Source of the DNA: a bacterium
GTDB lineage: Bacteria > Myxococcota > UBA727 > JAUIJE01
Direction of reading: 5' to 3'
Assembly (NCBI GenBank): GCA_030431455.1
Contig: JAUIJE010000002.1
Coordinates: 1,294-65,293, forward strand
Length of the DNA stretch: 64,000 nucleotides
Both the position numbers and the translations under genes were made by a program. Shown in pieces: positions 1 through 9,833 of this stretch (positions are counted from its first letter, which is position 1; the number at the start of each line of letters is the position of its first letter). Below the pieces are notes generated by a model. It was not told where the DNA came from, made no database searches, and saw nothing but the letters and a program-made list of their open reading frames with translations.

Positions 1-517
1 CGATCCCGATGGCGTCGGCGATCACGAAGGTCGCGAGCGCCGGGTCAGCGTTGTCGCTCAGGCAGGAGGTCGCGATGTTGCCCACGCAACCCTTGTTGGT
101 CTCGCCCAGCGCGCAGGTCCCGGTCGCCCGGCACACTTCGTTGATGGCTTCGCTGGTGCCCTCGACCACGCAGCCGTAGCCCTCGGCGCAGAAGATGTCG
201 ACGCCTTGGTCGGGGGTCGTCACCCAGCTGCATTGGGCGCCGTCGCCGCCGCCGATGCAGAAGTTGGGCACATCGGCACAAGCGCCGTCACACGCGAACC
301 GCGGGCCGCAGGTCGACTCCGGATCCGGGAAGAAGGTGGTGCAATCAAACGGGGACTCCACGAAGTTGCCGTCGCCGGCCGCGTCGAAACACTCGGTCAG
401 GGTCGGGCCCGTGCAGGTGTTTTCCCAGGTGTCGGGATCGCACGGCGTCTGGGCGTTGCTGGAGGCGGCCACGAGCAGGGTCGTGAGGGCCGGCAGGGCG
501 ACGAGAAACTTCTTCAT
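1..517 (-). CDS. secreted cysteine-rich protein, N-terminal part (gene runs off the left edge)
   Basis: Reverse-strand ATG at 517-515 is preceded by GGAG. The translation begins MKKFLVALPALTTLLVAASSNA|QTPCDPDTWENTCTGP, a typical Sec signal peptide with an AxA site, followed by a Cys-rich mature region. The six-frame track does not list it because there is no stop codon within the window. Confidence 0.5.
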   Translation of the reverse strand, partial: MKKFLVALPALTTLLVAASSNAQTPCDPDTWENTCTGPTLTECFDAAGDGNFVESPFDCTTFFPDPESTCGPRFACDGACADVPNFCIGGGDGAQCSWVTTPDQGVDIFCAEGYGCVVEGTSEAINEVCRATGTCALGETNKGCVGNIATSCLSDNADPALATFVIADAIGI

Positions 518-712
518 GTTGTCTCCATGGGGTTGGTCTCATGTAGGTTATTGTCGGCCGGGGTCGGTCTGGCAACCGCCATCCGGCCGACCAGGCGCCA
601 GGCGGGGCCCGCCCGGCCATCTGCGCAGTCTACGCGACCCGCGGCGCCGCGCCAGGGGCCAAGGTGGCTTGCCTTGTCGCGATCGGGGTGCTCGGTTGGG
701 GCCGGCAACGGC

Positions 713-1573
713 GTGGACGAGGGGCGCGATGGCGGGGACAAGGAAATCGCGGCGGGGCTGTGCGGTGCGGCTTTTGCCGCTGGTGTTTTGCCGCTGGTGC
801 TCTTCGGCGTGTACGCGGGCTACTACTTTTTGGCCCATTCCGAAGAGGTGCCGCTGACCGGCCGGCAACAGGTCGTCGAGCTGTCCCGCGCGGACGAGGC
901 CCGGCTCGGGGCCCAAAGCTACCGGCAGATCCTCGCCCAGGAACGCATCGTCACCGGCACCCCCGAGGCCCGGCGCGTCGAGGCGATCGGGCGCCGGCTG
1001 CAGCGGGCCCTGGGCGACGACGACCCCGGGTTCACATGGGAGTTCGCCCTGGTTGAGTCGGACGCGGCCAACGCCTTTTGCCTGCCCGGGGGCAAGGTCG
1101 CGGTCTACACCGGGATTTTGCCCATCGCCGCCAACGACGACGGCCTGGCCGCGATCATGGGCCACGAGATCGCCCACGCCATCGCCCGGCACGGCGCCGA
1201 GCGCATGGCCCACCAAAAACTCGCCCAGCTCGGCCAACTCGCGGCCGGCAGCGCGGTCAGCGACATGTCCCCCGAGACCCGGGCGTTGGTGCTCGGGGCG
1301 TTCGGGGTGGGGGCGCAGGTGGGCGTGCTGCTGCCCTTTTCGCGCGACCACGAAAGCGAGGCCGATTACATGGGCCTCATCTACGCGGCCCGGGCGTGCT
1401 TTGACCCCCGCGAAGCCCCCCAGGTCTGGCAGCGGATGGCCGCCCACGGCCGGGGACAGCCGCCGGCGTTTTTGTCGACGCACCCGAGCCACCAAACGCG
1501 CATCGCGCAGCTCACCGGGTGGATGGACAAGGCCGCGGCGGAGCGGCCCGCGACTTGTCCAGCTATGCCCTAA
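713..1573 (+). CDS. M48 family zinc metallopeptidase (HExxH), membrane-anchored
   Basis: ORF 206..1573 contains GHEIAHAIARHG (HExxH), an ESEADYMG motif and C-terminal THPSHQTRI, which are typical of the M48/Oma1/LoiP-like family. An N-terminal hydrophobic segment AAFAAGVLPLVLFGVYAGYYF is present. The upstream part of the ORF overlaps the divergent gene ending at 517, so the start is set at the in-frame GTG at 713. The start is uncertain; 674 (TTG) and 527 (ATG) are alternatives. Confidence 0.75.
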   Translation: MDEGRDGGDKEIAAGLCGAAFAAGVLPLVLFGVYAGYYFLAHSEEVPLTGRQQVVELSRADEARLGAQSYRQILAQERIVTGTPEARRVEAIGRRLQRALGDDDPGFTWEFALVESDAANAFCLPGGKVAVYTGILPIAANDDGLAAIMGHEIAHAIARHGAERMAHQKLAQLGQLAAGSAVSDMSPETRALVLGAFGVGAQVGVLLPFSRDHESEADYMGLIYAARACFDPREAPQVWQRMAAHGRGQPPAFLSTHPSHQTRIAQLTGWMDKAAAERPATCPAMP

Positions 1574-1599
1574 CACCACCGGCGCCGCCGGCGCCGGGC

Positions 1600-1884
1600 T
1601 CAGCGCTCGACGGTGACGCCTTTCCAGAACGCCACGTGGTCTTTGATGTGCGCGGCATCGGGCTTGGGATCTCTGTACACCCAGGCGGCGTTTTCGTTGA
1701 CCGCGCCGTCGACCACCACCGAATAGTAGTGGGCGGTCCCTTTCCAGCCGCACACCGAGGTGTGGGCGCTGTCCCGGAAATGCTCGTCGCGCAGGCTGCC
1801 CGGGGGGAAGTACACGTTGCCCTCGACCTCCTCGAACCGATCCGCCTCGGCGATCACCGCCCCGTTCCACACTGCTTTGGCCAT
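1600..1884 (-). CDS. DUF427 domain protein
   Basis: The protein begins at the internal ATG at 1884: MAKAVWNGAVIAEADRFEEVEGNVYFPPGSL...CGWKGTAHYYSV...HVAFWKGVTVER, about 94 aa. This matches the small DUF427 family pattern with two WKG motifs. It is convergent with the downstream Mo-enzyme gene. Confidence 0.55.
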   Translation of the reverse strand: MAKAVWNGAVIAEADRFEEVEGNVYFPPGSLRDEHFRDSAHTSVCGWKGTAHYYSVVVDGAVNENAAWVYRDPKPDAAHIKDHVAFWKGVTVER

Positions 1885-1979
1885 GCCGCGCCCTCCTCGT
1901 CGCATCTGGTGGTGCTCGCTTTTATAGCAACCCGTTGACCCCGCGCCGCGCATCACCGAAAAGAGCCGCGGAGGTCGCG

Positions 1980-4214
1980 ATGGCACAACTTTCTCGTCGA
2001 CGGTTCTTGCAGTTGAGCGCTCTGGCGGGCGGCGGCTTCGCCATCGGGTTCGACCTCACCGCGTGCCAGACCGGCCCGGAGATGACCTTCGACGAGGCCG
2101 ATCGGTTCATCGCCAACGCCTGGATCCGCATCCTCCCCGACAGCCGGGTGGTCGTCGTCGTCGACCGCGTGGAGATGGGCCAAGGCACCGTCACCAGCTC
2201 GGCCATGCTCGTGGCCGAGGAGCTCGAGGTCGACCCCGCCGACATCGCGTTTGAGCTCGCCCCCGCCGACAAGGTCTACGCCAACAGCGACTTCACCATC
2301 CAAGCCACCGGGGGCAGCACCTCGACCAAGGTCTCGTGGCAACCGCTGCGCGAGGCCGCCGCCGCCACCCGCCACGTGCTCGAGCGCGCCGGGGCCCAAA
2401 AGCTCGGCGTCGCCCCCACCGCGGTCAAGGCCGAGGCCGGCCACGTCGTCGACGTGAGCGGCAACCGCAAGGTGCCCTACGGTGAGCTCACCAAGTTGGC
2501 GCTCGGGGTCTCCCCCGAGGTGCCCAAACTCAAAGACCCGAGCGCGTTCAAGGTCATCGGCACCCCCCAGCCGCGGCTGGATGCGAAGGTCAAAGCCACC
2601 GGCCAAGCGCAGTTTGGCGTCGACGTGCGCGTGCCCGGGGCCCTGGTCGCGGTGGTCGCGCGCAGCCCCGTGCTCGGGGGCACGGTGGTGTCCTACGACG
2701 AGAAAAAGCCCCTCACGGTCCAAGGCGTCGAGCACGTGGTGCAGATTCCACACGGCATCGCGGTGGTGGCCAAAGACTACTGGGCGGCCAAGACCGGCGC
2801 CGAGCGGCTCGACATCAAATGGGACGAAGGCACGATGAAGGCCTTCGACACACAAAAGCTGCGCGAGGAATACCGCGGGGCCCTCGACGAGGCCGGGGCG
2901 GAAATTCACGCCGCGGGCAATGCCCTGGGCACGCTCGCCACCGCCGACGACGCGCTCGATGTCGTCTACGAGGTGCCCTACCTGAGCCACTCCCCGATGG
3001 AACCGATGAACTGCACCGCCCACGTGCAAGACGGCCGCGTCGAGGTGTGGGCCCCGACCCAGGCCCCGGCCATCGCCCAGGCGGTGGCGGCGCGCATTCT
3101 CGAGCTTTCCCTCGAGAAAGTCGTGGTGCACCAGACGTTCCTCGGCGGCGGCTTTGGTCGTCGGTCGATGGGCGATTTTGTGTCCGAAGCGGTCTACACC
3201 AGCCGGGCGATCAAAAAGCCGGTCAAGGTCGTGTGGTCGCGCGAGGACGACACCCGGCACGGCTACTTTCGCCCGTTGGTGGTCTCGCGGTGCCGGGGCC
3301 GGGTCGACAAGAAGACCAAGACCGCGACCGCTTGGCACAATCGCGTGGTCACCCAATCGGTGCTCGCGGGGGTGAGCCAAGACATGGTGGGCGCGATTCC
3401 CCCCGAGTGGTTGCCCTACGTGGTCAAAGACTACGTCACCGCCAAGGCGGGTGAGATCCTGCGCGACGGGGTCATCACCGACCCGACCTCGATGGAGGGC
3501 GCGACGGAAATTGGGTACAGCATCGACAACCAGCTCGTCGAGTTCGTGCAAAAAGAGCCGGGCATCCCGGTGGGCTTTTGGCGCTCGGTGGGGCACTCGG
3601 TGAGCGGCTTTGTCGTCGAGAGTTTCATCGATGAGCTCGCCCACGCGGCCGGCGCCGACCCCTACAAGTTCCGGCGCGGCCTGCTGCAAAAAGACCCCCG
3701 GCGCCTGGCCTGCCTCGACTTGGTGGCCGACAAAGGCGGGTGGGGCCAGCCGGTGAAAAAGGGCCACGGGGTGGGCATCGCCCAGCACCCGAGCTTCGGC
3801 AGCTTCGCGGGCATGCTCGTCGAGGCCAGCGTCGAAGACGGTCAGATTCGTGTGCACCGGGTGGTCACCACCATCGACTGCGGCATCGTGGTCAACCCCG
3901 ACGTGGTCGCGGCCCAGATGGAGAGCGGCATCGTCTACGGCTTGAGCGCGGCGATGTACCAACAGGTGGAATGGGAACAGGGCCGCACTGTGCAGTCCAA
4001 CTTCCACGACTTCCCGCTGCTCCGCATCTCCGAGACCCCGAAGATGGAGACCCACATCATCAAAAGCGCCGAGCCCCCCTCGGGGGTGGGCGAGCTGTCG
4101 GTGCCCCCGCTGGCCGCGGCCCTCGCCAATGCCATTTATGCCGCGACCGGGGTGCGCCTGCGCCGCCTCCCCATGCAGGCGGAGTACCAGCGCCTGCAGG
4201 GCACCCCGACCTGA
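1980..4214 (+). CDS. xanthine dehydrogenase/aldehyde oxidase family molybdopterin-binding subunit (IorB/CoxL-like), Tat-exported
   Basis: A GGAGG RBS precedes the ATG at 1980. The N-terminus MAQLSRRRFLQLSALAGGGFAIG is a twin-arginine signal. The 744-aa body has architecture and motifs typical of the MoCo-binding large subunit of membrane-bound aldehyde dehydrogenases and isoquinoline oxidoreductase beta subunits. No adjacent 2Fe-2S or FAD subunit genes are present. Confidence 0.8.
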   Translation: MAQLSRRRFLQLSALAGGGFAIGFDLTACQTGPEMTFDEADRFIANAWIRILPDSRVVVVVDRVEMGQGTVTSSAMLVAEELEVDPADIAFELAPADKVYANSDFTIQATGGSTSTKVSWQPLREAAAATRHVLERAGAQKLGVAPTAVKAEAGHVVDVSGNRKVPYGELTKLALGVSPEVPKLKDPSAFKVIGTPQPRLDAKVKATGQAQFGVDVRVPGALVAVVARSPVLGGTVVSYDEKKPLTVQGVEHVVQIPHGIAVVAKDYWAAKTGAERLDIKWDEGTMKAFDTQKLREEYRGALDEAGAEIHAAGNALGTLATADDALDVVYEVPYLSHSPMEPMNCTAHVQDGRVEVWAPTQAPAIAQAVAARILELSLEKVVVHQTFLGGGFGRRSMGDFVSEAVYTSRAIKKPVKVVWSREDDTRHGYFRPLVVSRCRGRVDKKTKTATAWHNRVVTQSVLAGVSQDMVGAIPPEWLPYVVKDYVTAKAGEILRDGVITDPTSMEGATEIGYSIDNQLVEFVQKEPGIPVGFWRSVGHSVSGFVVESFIDELAHAAGADPYKFRRGLLQKDPRRLACLDLVADKGGWGQPVKKGHGVGIAQHPSFGSFAGMLVEASVEDGQIRVHRVVTTIDCGIVVNPDVVAAQMESGIVYGLSAAMYQQVEWEQGRTVQSNFHDFPLLRISETPKMETHIIKSAEPPSGVGELSVPPLAAALANAIYAATGVRLRRLPMQAEYQRLQGTPT

Positions 4215-4468
4215 TCGCGCCGGCCCGCTCCCGGCCGCTCAGGCCAGGCGGGCCCCGGGCACGGCCCGCACGATGAGAAGGGCCGAGGCCAGATGGACCG
4301 CCCACCGGCCCATCTTGCCCCCCGCCCCCCGGGCGGCGCACACCCACCGAGGCCGACCCCGCGGGGCCGGGCGATGGGTACCCACCGGTACCACCGGCAC
4401 GGTCCATCCCGGCCGCGGCCGCGCATCCCCGGTCCCCCCCACCGCGGGCCGCGCTATGCTGCGCCGGC

Positions 4469-6316
4469 ATGGATCGGGACTCCCTCGTCATTCTCCAGGC
4501 CCTCATCGAGGAAGCCGAGACCGGCAGCCACGTCGGGTCCTGGACCTGGGACCTCGCCACCGCCAAGCTTTCGTGGTCGCCGCACATGTGCCGCATGATG
4601 GGGCTCGACCCCGACATCGAGGCCAGCGTCGAGCGCCTCTACGAGCTCGTGCACGAAGACGACCTCGACTACGTCAAGCAGCTGCACCAGGGCATCATCG
4701 ACGGCACCATGCCCGAGCACGCGCGGTACCGCATCCGAAGGCCCGACGGCTCGGTCCGCACCTGGATGGCCACCGGCCGGCAGGTTCACGCCACCGGCGA
4801 AGCGGGACCGGACAAGCCCACCCACGTGGTGGGCGTGGTGATCGACCTCACCGAGCGCATCGAGCTCGAACGCTCCATCGACCGCATCAACGTGGCCCTG
4901 GACGACGCCCAGGAGCTGGCCAATCTCGGGCTGTTCACAGTTGATCTCGGCAACCGGTTCACCACCTGGACCCGGCAGGTGTTCACCATCACCGGGCTGC
5001 CGGTCTCGACCCGGCCCTCGCCCGACGTGTTCCTCACCGTCATCCACCCCCACGACCGCGCCAAGGTGCAGGCGTGTTTCGAAGACCTGCGCGTCACCGG
5101 GGGCCCCAACCACATCGAAGCCCGCCTGCTCCGCCCCGACGGCGACACCCGCTATGTCGAGATTCGTGCGCGCCTGCGCCAGGGCCCCCGCCCCATCGTC
5201 ACCGGGTTGATGCACGACATCACCCCGCGGCGCGAGCTCGAAGACCGGCTGCGCTGGTCGTCGGCGCTGGAATCCACCGGCCGCCTCGCCGCCGGGGTCG
5301 CCCACGACTTCAACAACCTCCTGACCATCATCGTCACCAACGCGCAGGAGCTGCGGGCGCACAACCCCGCCGCGGTGGATGAGATCCTGTCCTCGGCCGA
5401 GGCCGGGGCCACGCTGGTGCAACGCCTGTTGGCGTTCGGCAAGTCCAACCCCGCCGAGCGCGGCCGCATCAACCTCCGCCGGCAGCTCGAAGAAGCCGTG
5501 ACCTGGATCGACAAAGTCACCGGCGACGGGGTCCGGGTCGAGGCCCGCCTGCCCGATCAGCGCATCTACGTGCAGGCCGCGCCGGCCGAGCTTCACCAGA
5601 TTCTGCTCAACCTCGCCACCAACGCCAAGGACGCCATGCCCGATGGCGGTACATTGACATTGACATTGGCCCCGCCCGACGGGCCTGCCCCCGCCCCCGC
5701 CACCCTCATCTTCAGCGACGACGGGCGGGGCATGGACGAGGACACCAGCGCCCGGGCGTTTGACGCCTTTTTCAGCACCAAGCCGATCCAGGCCCGCAGC
5801 GCCGGTCTCGGCCTGTCCACGGTGTACGGCATCGTCGGCGAGCTCGGGGGCGAGGTGGCCCTGTCCTCGTCGCCCGGCCACGGGACCAGCGTGCGGCTCA
5901 CCTTCCCCACCGCGTTGCCCCCGGGGGACAAGACCCCGGCGGCGATGCCGGTGTTCCGCGCCCCCAAGGCCAACGCGGCCACCATTCTCGTCGTGGAGGA
6001 CGAGTCCGCGGTGCTGCGCGCGGCCCAGCGCATCCTCGAGCGTGATGGGCACAAGGTGCTGAGCGCGGATCGTCCCCAGGCCGCCATCGATGTGCTCGAG
6101 TCGTCCGCCGTCGACCTCGTGCTCACCGACCTGTCCATGCCCCAGGGGGGCGGGCGCCGGGTCGCCGACGAGGTGCAACGGCTGCAGCCCGACGTGCCCA
6201 TCGTGTTCATGACCGGCTACGCCCTCGGCGAGAACAAGCTGCCCGGCGAGATCCTCGCCAAACCGTTCTCGCCTGACCAACTCAAAAGCATTGTGCGCCG
6301 GGTGCTCACGAGCTGA
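4469..6316 (+). CDS. PAS-domain hybrid sensor histidine kinase / response regulator
   Basis: There are no transmembrane segments. The domain order is: PAS-like N-terminal repeats; an HisKA H-box (AAGVAHDFNNLLTII); HATPase_c N, G1 and G2 boxes (NLATNAKDAMPDGG, DDGRGMDE, GLGLSTVYGIV); and a C-terminal receiver (ILVVEDE...DLVLTDLSMP...IVFMTGY). Confidence 0.9.
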   Translation: MDRDSLVILQALIEEAETGSHVGSWTWDLATAKLSWSPHMCRMMGLDPDIEASVERLYELVHEDDLDYVKQLHQGIIDGTMPEHARYRIRRPDGSVRTWMATGRQVHATGEAGPDKPTHVVGVVIDLTERIELERSIDRINVALDDAQELANLGLFTVDLGNRFTTWTRQVFTITGLPVSTRPSPDVFLTVIHPHDRAKVQACFEDLRVTGGPNHIEARLLRPDGDTRYVEIRARLRQGPRPIVTGLMHDITPRRELEDRLRWSSALESTGRLAAGVAHDFNNLLTIIVTNAQELRAHNPAAVDEILSSAEAGATLVQRLLAFGKSNPAERGRINLRRQLEEAVTWIDKVTGDGVRVEARLPDQRIYVQAAPAELHQILLNLATNAKDAMPDGGTLTLTLAPPDGPAPAPATLIFSDDGRGMDEDTSARAFDAFFSTKPIQARSAGLGLSTVYGIVGELGGEVALSSSPGHGTSVRLTFPTALPPGDKTPAAMPVFRAPKANAATILVVEDESAVLRAAQRILERDGHKVLSADRPQAAIDVLESSAVDLVLTDLSMPQGGGRRVADEVQRLQPDVPIVFMTGYALGENKLPGEILAKPFSPDQLKSIVRRVLTS

Positions 6317-6322
6317 AGCGCG

Positions 6323-6703
6323 TCAGCGCCCCCGAAGGTGGGCCACCGCCTCGGCTTCGTCGACGGTGACCAGGGCGACGATGTCGAGCCCGTCGAACAG
6401 CCGCTGGCAGTGCAGCACCCCCGACTCAGACTTCATCAGCGCGGCCAGCCGCCCCCACCCTTTGAACACCTGCAGCCGGGTGCGGCGGAGCACGGCCTCG
6501 AAGCTCGGGTCGTTGTTGCCCCGGGCCGCGCGCAGGTCGCGCAAACAATGCAACGTGGCCCGCCGCGCGGGGGGGAAGGTGGCCTTGAGCGCTTCGGCCT
6601 CCTCGGCCATCGCCTCGGGGCTTTTGTACTCCACCGGGCGGCGCACAAAACGCACGTAGCCGTCGGCCTGTTCGATGACGTTGTAGGGGGATTCAAACAG
6701 CAT
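6323..6703 (-). CDS. hypothetical protein
   Basis: A 126-aa ORF lies directly downstream of the LysR gene on the same strand and is convergent with the histidine kinase gene. It has no recognisable motif. It is called on the basis of position and codon usage only. Confidence 0.35.
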   Translation of the reverse strand: MLFESPYNVIEQADGYVRFVRRPVEYKSPEAMAEEAEALKATFPPARRATLHCLRDLRAARGNNDPSFEAVLRRTRLQVFKGWGRLAALMKSESGVLHCQRLFDGLDIVALVTVDEAEAVAHLRGR

Positions 6704-6755
6704 CGGGGGGGTTATCGCACCCAGCCCCCGGCCTGTGAAGGGGACCCGCGGGCGG

Positions 6756-7658
6756 TCAACGCGTCAGCTTCACCGCGGGGGGCAAGCACGCCGCGAGGTG
6801 AGCGGTCAACGCCTCCACCCGGGCCGGCTGCAGCCGGCCGGGCAACATCAGAAGCTGCACCGGGGCCTCGGGCGCGCGGTAGGACGGCAACAGCCGCACC
6901 AACCGACCGGCCCGCACGTCGTCGTCCACCAGCCACGCCGCGAGCAAAGCCACCCCTTGGTCGTGCAACGCCATGGTGCGCAACACCGCGCTGTGGTTGG
7001 CGCCGAACTTCGGCGCGATGCGCGTGCGGTACCGCTTTCCCCTTTTGGTGAACGTCCACACGTCGGGCACCCGCAGCAGGCTGTGGGTCAAGCAGCGGTG
7101 GTCTTTGAGGTCCCGGGGGTGGCCGGGCCGCCCGTGGGCCTTGAGGTAGCCGGGCGACGCCACCACCCGCCGCGGAGTGTGGCCCAGGCGGCGGGCCCGG
7201 TAGGTCGAGTCCCGGGGGGTGCCCACCCGCACCGCGAGGTCGAGGCCGGCCTCGACCAAACCCACGTAGCGGTCATCGAGCCGCAGCTCGACGTCGAGCC
7301 CTGGGTGCTGCCGGCAAAACTCGGCCACCGGGCCGGCCACGAAACGCTCGCCGAACACCACCGGGGCCCCGATGCGCAGCCGCCCCCGCAGACCCTCGGC
7401 CGCGCTCGCGGCGTCGGCCGCGGCCTCGTCGTAGAGCGCGACAATCTGGACCGCGCGGTCGAGCAGCCGGCGGCCGGCGGCGGTGAGCTGGTGCTCGCGG
7501 GTGGTGCGGGCGAGCAGCCGGGCCCCGACCTCGTCCTCGAGCGCGGCGATCCATTTGCTCACCGTGGGCTGTCCCACGCGCTGGCTCCGGGCCACCGCGG
7601 AGAAGGTCTCGCCCTCGGCCAGACGAACAAACGCGCGGAGGGCATCGATTCGGTCCAT
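6756..7658 (-). CDS. LysR family transcriptional regulator
   Basis: The N-terminal HTH (MDRIDALRAFVRLAEGETFSAVARSQRVGQPTVSKWIAALEDEVG) is followed by a LysR substrate-binding domain. The gene is divergent from the oxidoreductase gene at 7741, which is the classic LysR arrangement. Confidence 0.9.
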   Translation of the reverse strand: MDRIDALRAFVRLAEGETFSAVARSQRVGQPTVSKWIAALEDEVGARLLARTTREHQLTAAGRRLLDRAVQIVALYDEAAADAASAAEGLRGRLRIGAPVVFGERFVAGPVAEFCRQHPGLDVELRLDDRYVGLVEAGLDLAVRVGTPRDSTYRARRLGHTPRRVVASPGYLKAHGRPGHPRDLKDHRCLTHSLLRVPDVWTFTKRGKRYRTRIAPKFGANHSAVLRTMALHDQGVALLAAWLVDDDVRAGRLVRLLPSYRAPEAPVQLLMLPGRLQPARVEALTAHLAACLPPAVKLTR

Positions 7659-7740
7659 TCCATTTGAGAATATATCCTATGCGGTCATCGGCGTGTTGAT
7701 TCCTGTCCGCGGTGGCTAGGGTGGCGTTCGGAGGTAAAGC

Positions 7741-8601
7741 ATGAACATCGCGTTTTTGGGTTTGGGAGCGATGGGCGCCCGCATGGCCGCGCGGCTGATC
7801 GACGCGGGCCACGAGGTCACGGCCTACAACCGCACGCCGGGGCGGGCCGACGCGCTGGTGGCCCGGGGGGCACGCCGGGCCACCGCGCCGGCGGAGGCCG
7901 CGGCCGGTCAGGACGTGGTGATCGCGATGGTCACCGATGACGAGGCCGCTGAGACGGTGTGGGCGGGGCCGCGCGGCGCGCTTGGCACCATTTCTCCGGG
8001 CACGCTGTGCGTGGAGTCGAGCACCGTGACCCCGGCCTTTGTCCGGCGGCTGGGCGAGCGGGTGCACCAGGCCCAGGCCCGGCTCATCGACGCGCCGGTG
8101 GCGGGGTCGCGGCCCCAGGCCGAAGCCGGGGCCTTGATCTACACCGTGGGCGGGGACGCCGCCGACGTCGAGGAGGCCCGCCCGGTGCTTCTCCACATGG
8201 GCCAGGCGGTGCACCACTGTGGCCCGCTGGGGGCGGGGGCGACAATGAAGCTGGTGGTCAACGGGTTGTTCACGGTGCAGGTCGCGGCCCTGGCCGAGCT
8301 GTGCGCCCTGGCCCGCGGCCAAGGGGTCAGCCCGGACACGGTGCAAACCGTGCTCGCCCAGATGCCGGTGCTCAGCCCCGCCGCCGGGGGCGTGCTCGGG
8401 TTGATGGTGCGCGGCCAGCACCAGCCGCTGTTCCCCATTGATCTGGTGGTGAAGGACCTTGGCTATGCCCAGTTGTCCGCGGGGCTTGACCACGGCGCGT
8501 TGGCCGGGGCCCGGGCGCGGTTTATGGCCGCGCAGGCCGCGGGGCACGGGGGGGACAACCTCTCCGCGGTGATCGACGCGGCGACCGCCCCGGCCACGTA
8601 A
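7741..8601 (+). CDS. NAD(P)-dependent beta-hydroxyacid dehydrogenase (3-hydroxyisobutyrate / 6-phosphogluconate DH NAD-binding family)
   Basis: An RBS (GGAGGTAAAGC) precedes the ATG. The N-terminus MNIAFLGLGAMGARMAARL is a Rossmann GxGxxG fold. Length and layout are typical of MmsB/GarR-like enzymes. Confidence 0.85.
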   Translation: MNIAFLGLGAMGARMAARLIDAGHEVTAYNRTPGRADALVARGARRATAPAEAAAGQDVVIAMVTDDEAAETVWAGPRGALGTISPGTLCVESSTVTPAFVRRLGERVHQAQARLIDAPVAGSRPQAEAGALIYTVGGDAADVEEARPVLLHMGQAVHHCGPLGAGATMKLVVNGLFTVQVAALAELCALARGQGVSPDTVQTVLAQMPVLSPAAGGVLGLMVRGQHQPLFPIDLVVKDLGYAQLSAGLDHGALAGARARFMAAQAAGHGGDNLSAVIDAATAPAT

Positions 8602-8609
8602 AACCGTGG

Positions 8610-9749
8610 CTAGCGGGGCCCGGCGGCGTGGTTGGTGGCGAGCTCGGGATCGGTGAGGGCCCGGCAATAGATCGCGATGGAATGCAACGTCCCGCGAAAC
8701 GCGCGGATGTCGGTGCTGGTGTCGAGACCGTGCGCGAGCCGCAAGGCGTAGGTGTTGTCCCAGTTGAGGCTCCCCACCCAGTCCGCGCCGGTCGCGGCCA
8801 GGTCGCCGTCGACGAACAACTCGAGCGGACCGCCCGCGAGGTTCTGCGCGGTCGGCCCCTGGTAGCGCGCGACCACGTGGTAGAGCGTCTCGGTCATGAC
8901 CCCGGCGGCTTCAAGCCCCCACGAACCGCCCCCGGTGGGGATGCCGGTGCCGAGGGTCGTCTCGGTGCGCAACCGCACCGTCCAATGGTCGGTGTGCTGG
9001 CCGACCACAAAGTTTTGGTTGCTGCTGTCTCCGGTGAACGCCACCACCCGCCGGAGGTTGGAGCCGCCGACCTGCACGGTGCTCAACCAAAGATCAAACG
9101 TCACTGCATCACTGGCGGTGCAGGCCTCCGCGAGCCGGGTCGCGGCCGGCGCGGTGAGCACAGTGGGGTCGTTGATGCGCAGGGCCTCGGCCTCCCAGGT
9201 CACCTGGTCGGGGTCGGCGATGGTCAAATCCAACGGGGGGTCTACCCCGGCCTGGTCGAGCACGGTGGCTCCGCTGCCCTCGTTGAACCGCCACACCACC
9301 TCGGCCCCGGGGACCGCCACCGGCGGCCCCGCGTCGATGCCTGCGGCGTCGAGCGCGCCCCCATCCCGCGGGCCGGCGTCGAGCGCGCCCCCGGCATCGA
9401 CGCCCGCGTCCCATCCCAACACCCCCGCGTCCCCATCCCCATCCCCATCCCCATCGCCATCCCCATCGCCGTCTCCGTCTCCATCCCCATCGCCGTCGCC
9501 GTCTCCATCCCCATCGCCGTCTCCATCCCCATCGCCGTCGCCGTCCCCATCTCCGTCTCCGTCGCCATCCCCATCGCCATCCCCGTCGCCGTCACCATCC
9601 CCGTCGCCGGCCTGGCAGTGGCCGTCGACGCACCGTTGCCCGACGGGACAGGCGCCGTCGCCGTCGCACTCGACGTGCAAAGAGGGCAGCACCGGGGGAC
9701 ACCCGGCCAACCAGAGCAACAACCCCATGACGACCCACGCGCGGCCCAT
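8610..9749 (-). CDS. lipoprotein with (Gly-Asp)n tract and C-terminal LamG/concanavalin-like domain
   Basis: The true start is the ATG at 9749: MGRAWVVMGLLLWLAGC, which has a lipobox. About 31 GD dipeptides follow, then a roughly 200-aa beta-sandwich domain of LamG-like character. The longer ORF extension to 10829 is a shadow of rlmM on the opposite strand. Confidence 0.75.
   Translation of the reverse strand: MGRAWVVMGLLLWLAGCPPVLPSLHVECDGDGACPVGQRCVDGHCQAGDGDGDGDGDGDGDGDGDGDGDGDGDGDGDGDGDGDGDGDGDGDGDGDGDGDGDGDGDGDAGVLGWDAGVDAGGALDAGPRDGGALDAAGIDAGPPVAVPGAEVVWRFNEGSGATVLDQAGVDPPLDLTIADPDQVTWEAEALRINDPTVLTAPAATRLAEACTASDAVTFDLWLSTVQVGGSNLRRVVAFTGDSSNQNFVVGQHTDHWTVRLRTETTLGTGIPTGGGSWGLEAAGVMTETLYHVVARYQGPTAQNLAGGPLELFVDGDLAATGADWVGSLNWDNTYALRLAHGLDTSTDIRAFRGTLHSIAIYCRALTDPELATNHAAGPR
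9424..9606 (-). repeat. coding GAYGGN hexanucleotide repeat encoding poly(Gly-Asp)
   Basis: An imperfect GAC/GAT-GGN hexamer periodicity is directly visible across about 180 bp of the DNA. Confidence 0.9.
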
Positions 9750-9833
9750 GTCCGAAGTGTACGGGCGGACCCGCGCCGCGTCGACAAACCCGCCCGCGGT
9801 TTGGCCCGCCGCCCCGCGTGCTAAGCCTGGCCG

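Noticed and set aside
548..1870. Long antisense ORFs overlapping confirmed genes throughout the window (e.g. 548..1870 -, 1953..4055 -, 4454..6280 -, 12835..15972 -, 10793..12079 -, 34633..37107 -, 52702..54174 -, 37977..39388)
   Set aside because: These are shadow ORFs typical of 70% GC DNA. Their translations are Arg, Gly, Pro and Ala-rich with no motifs. The opposite strand carries genes with clear domain homology, RBS sites and signal peptides.
7659..7740. A specific LysR T-N11-A box in the LysR/oxidoreductase divergent region
   Set aside because: The region is relatively AT-rich and a binding site is likely, but no convincing dyad could be picked out by eye.
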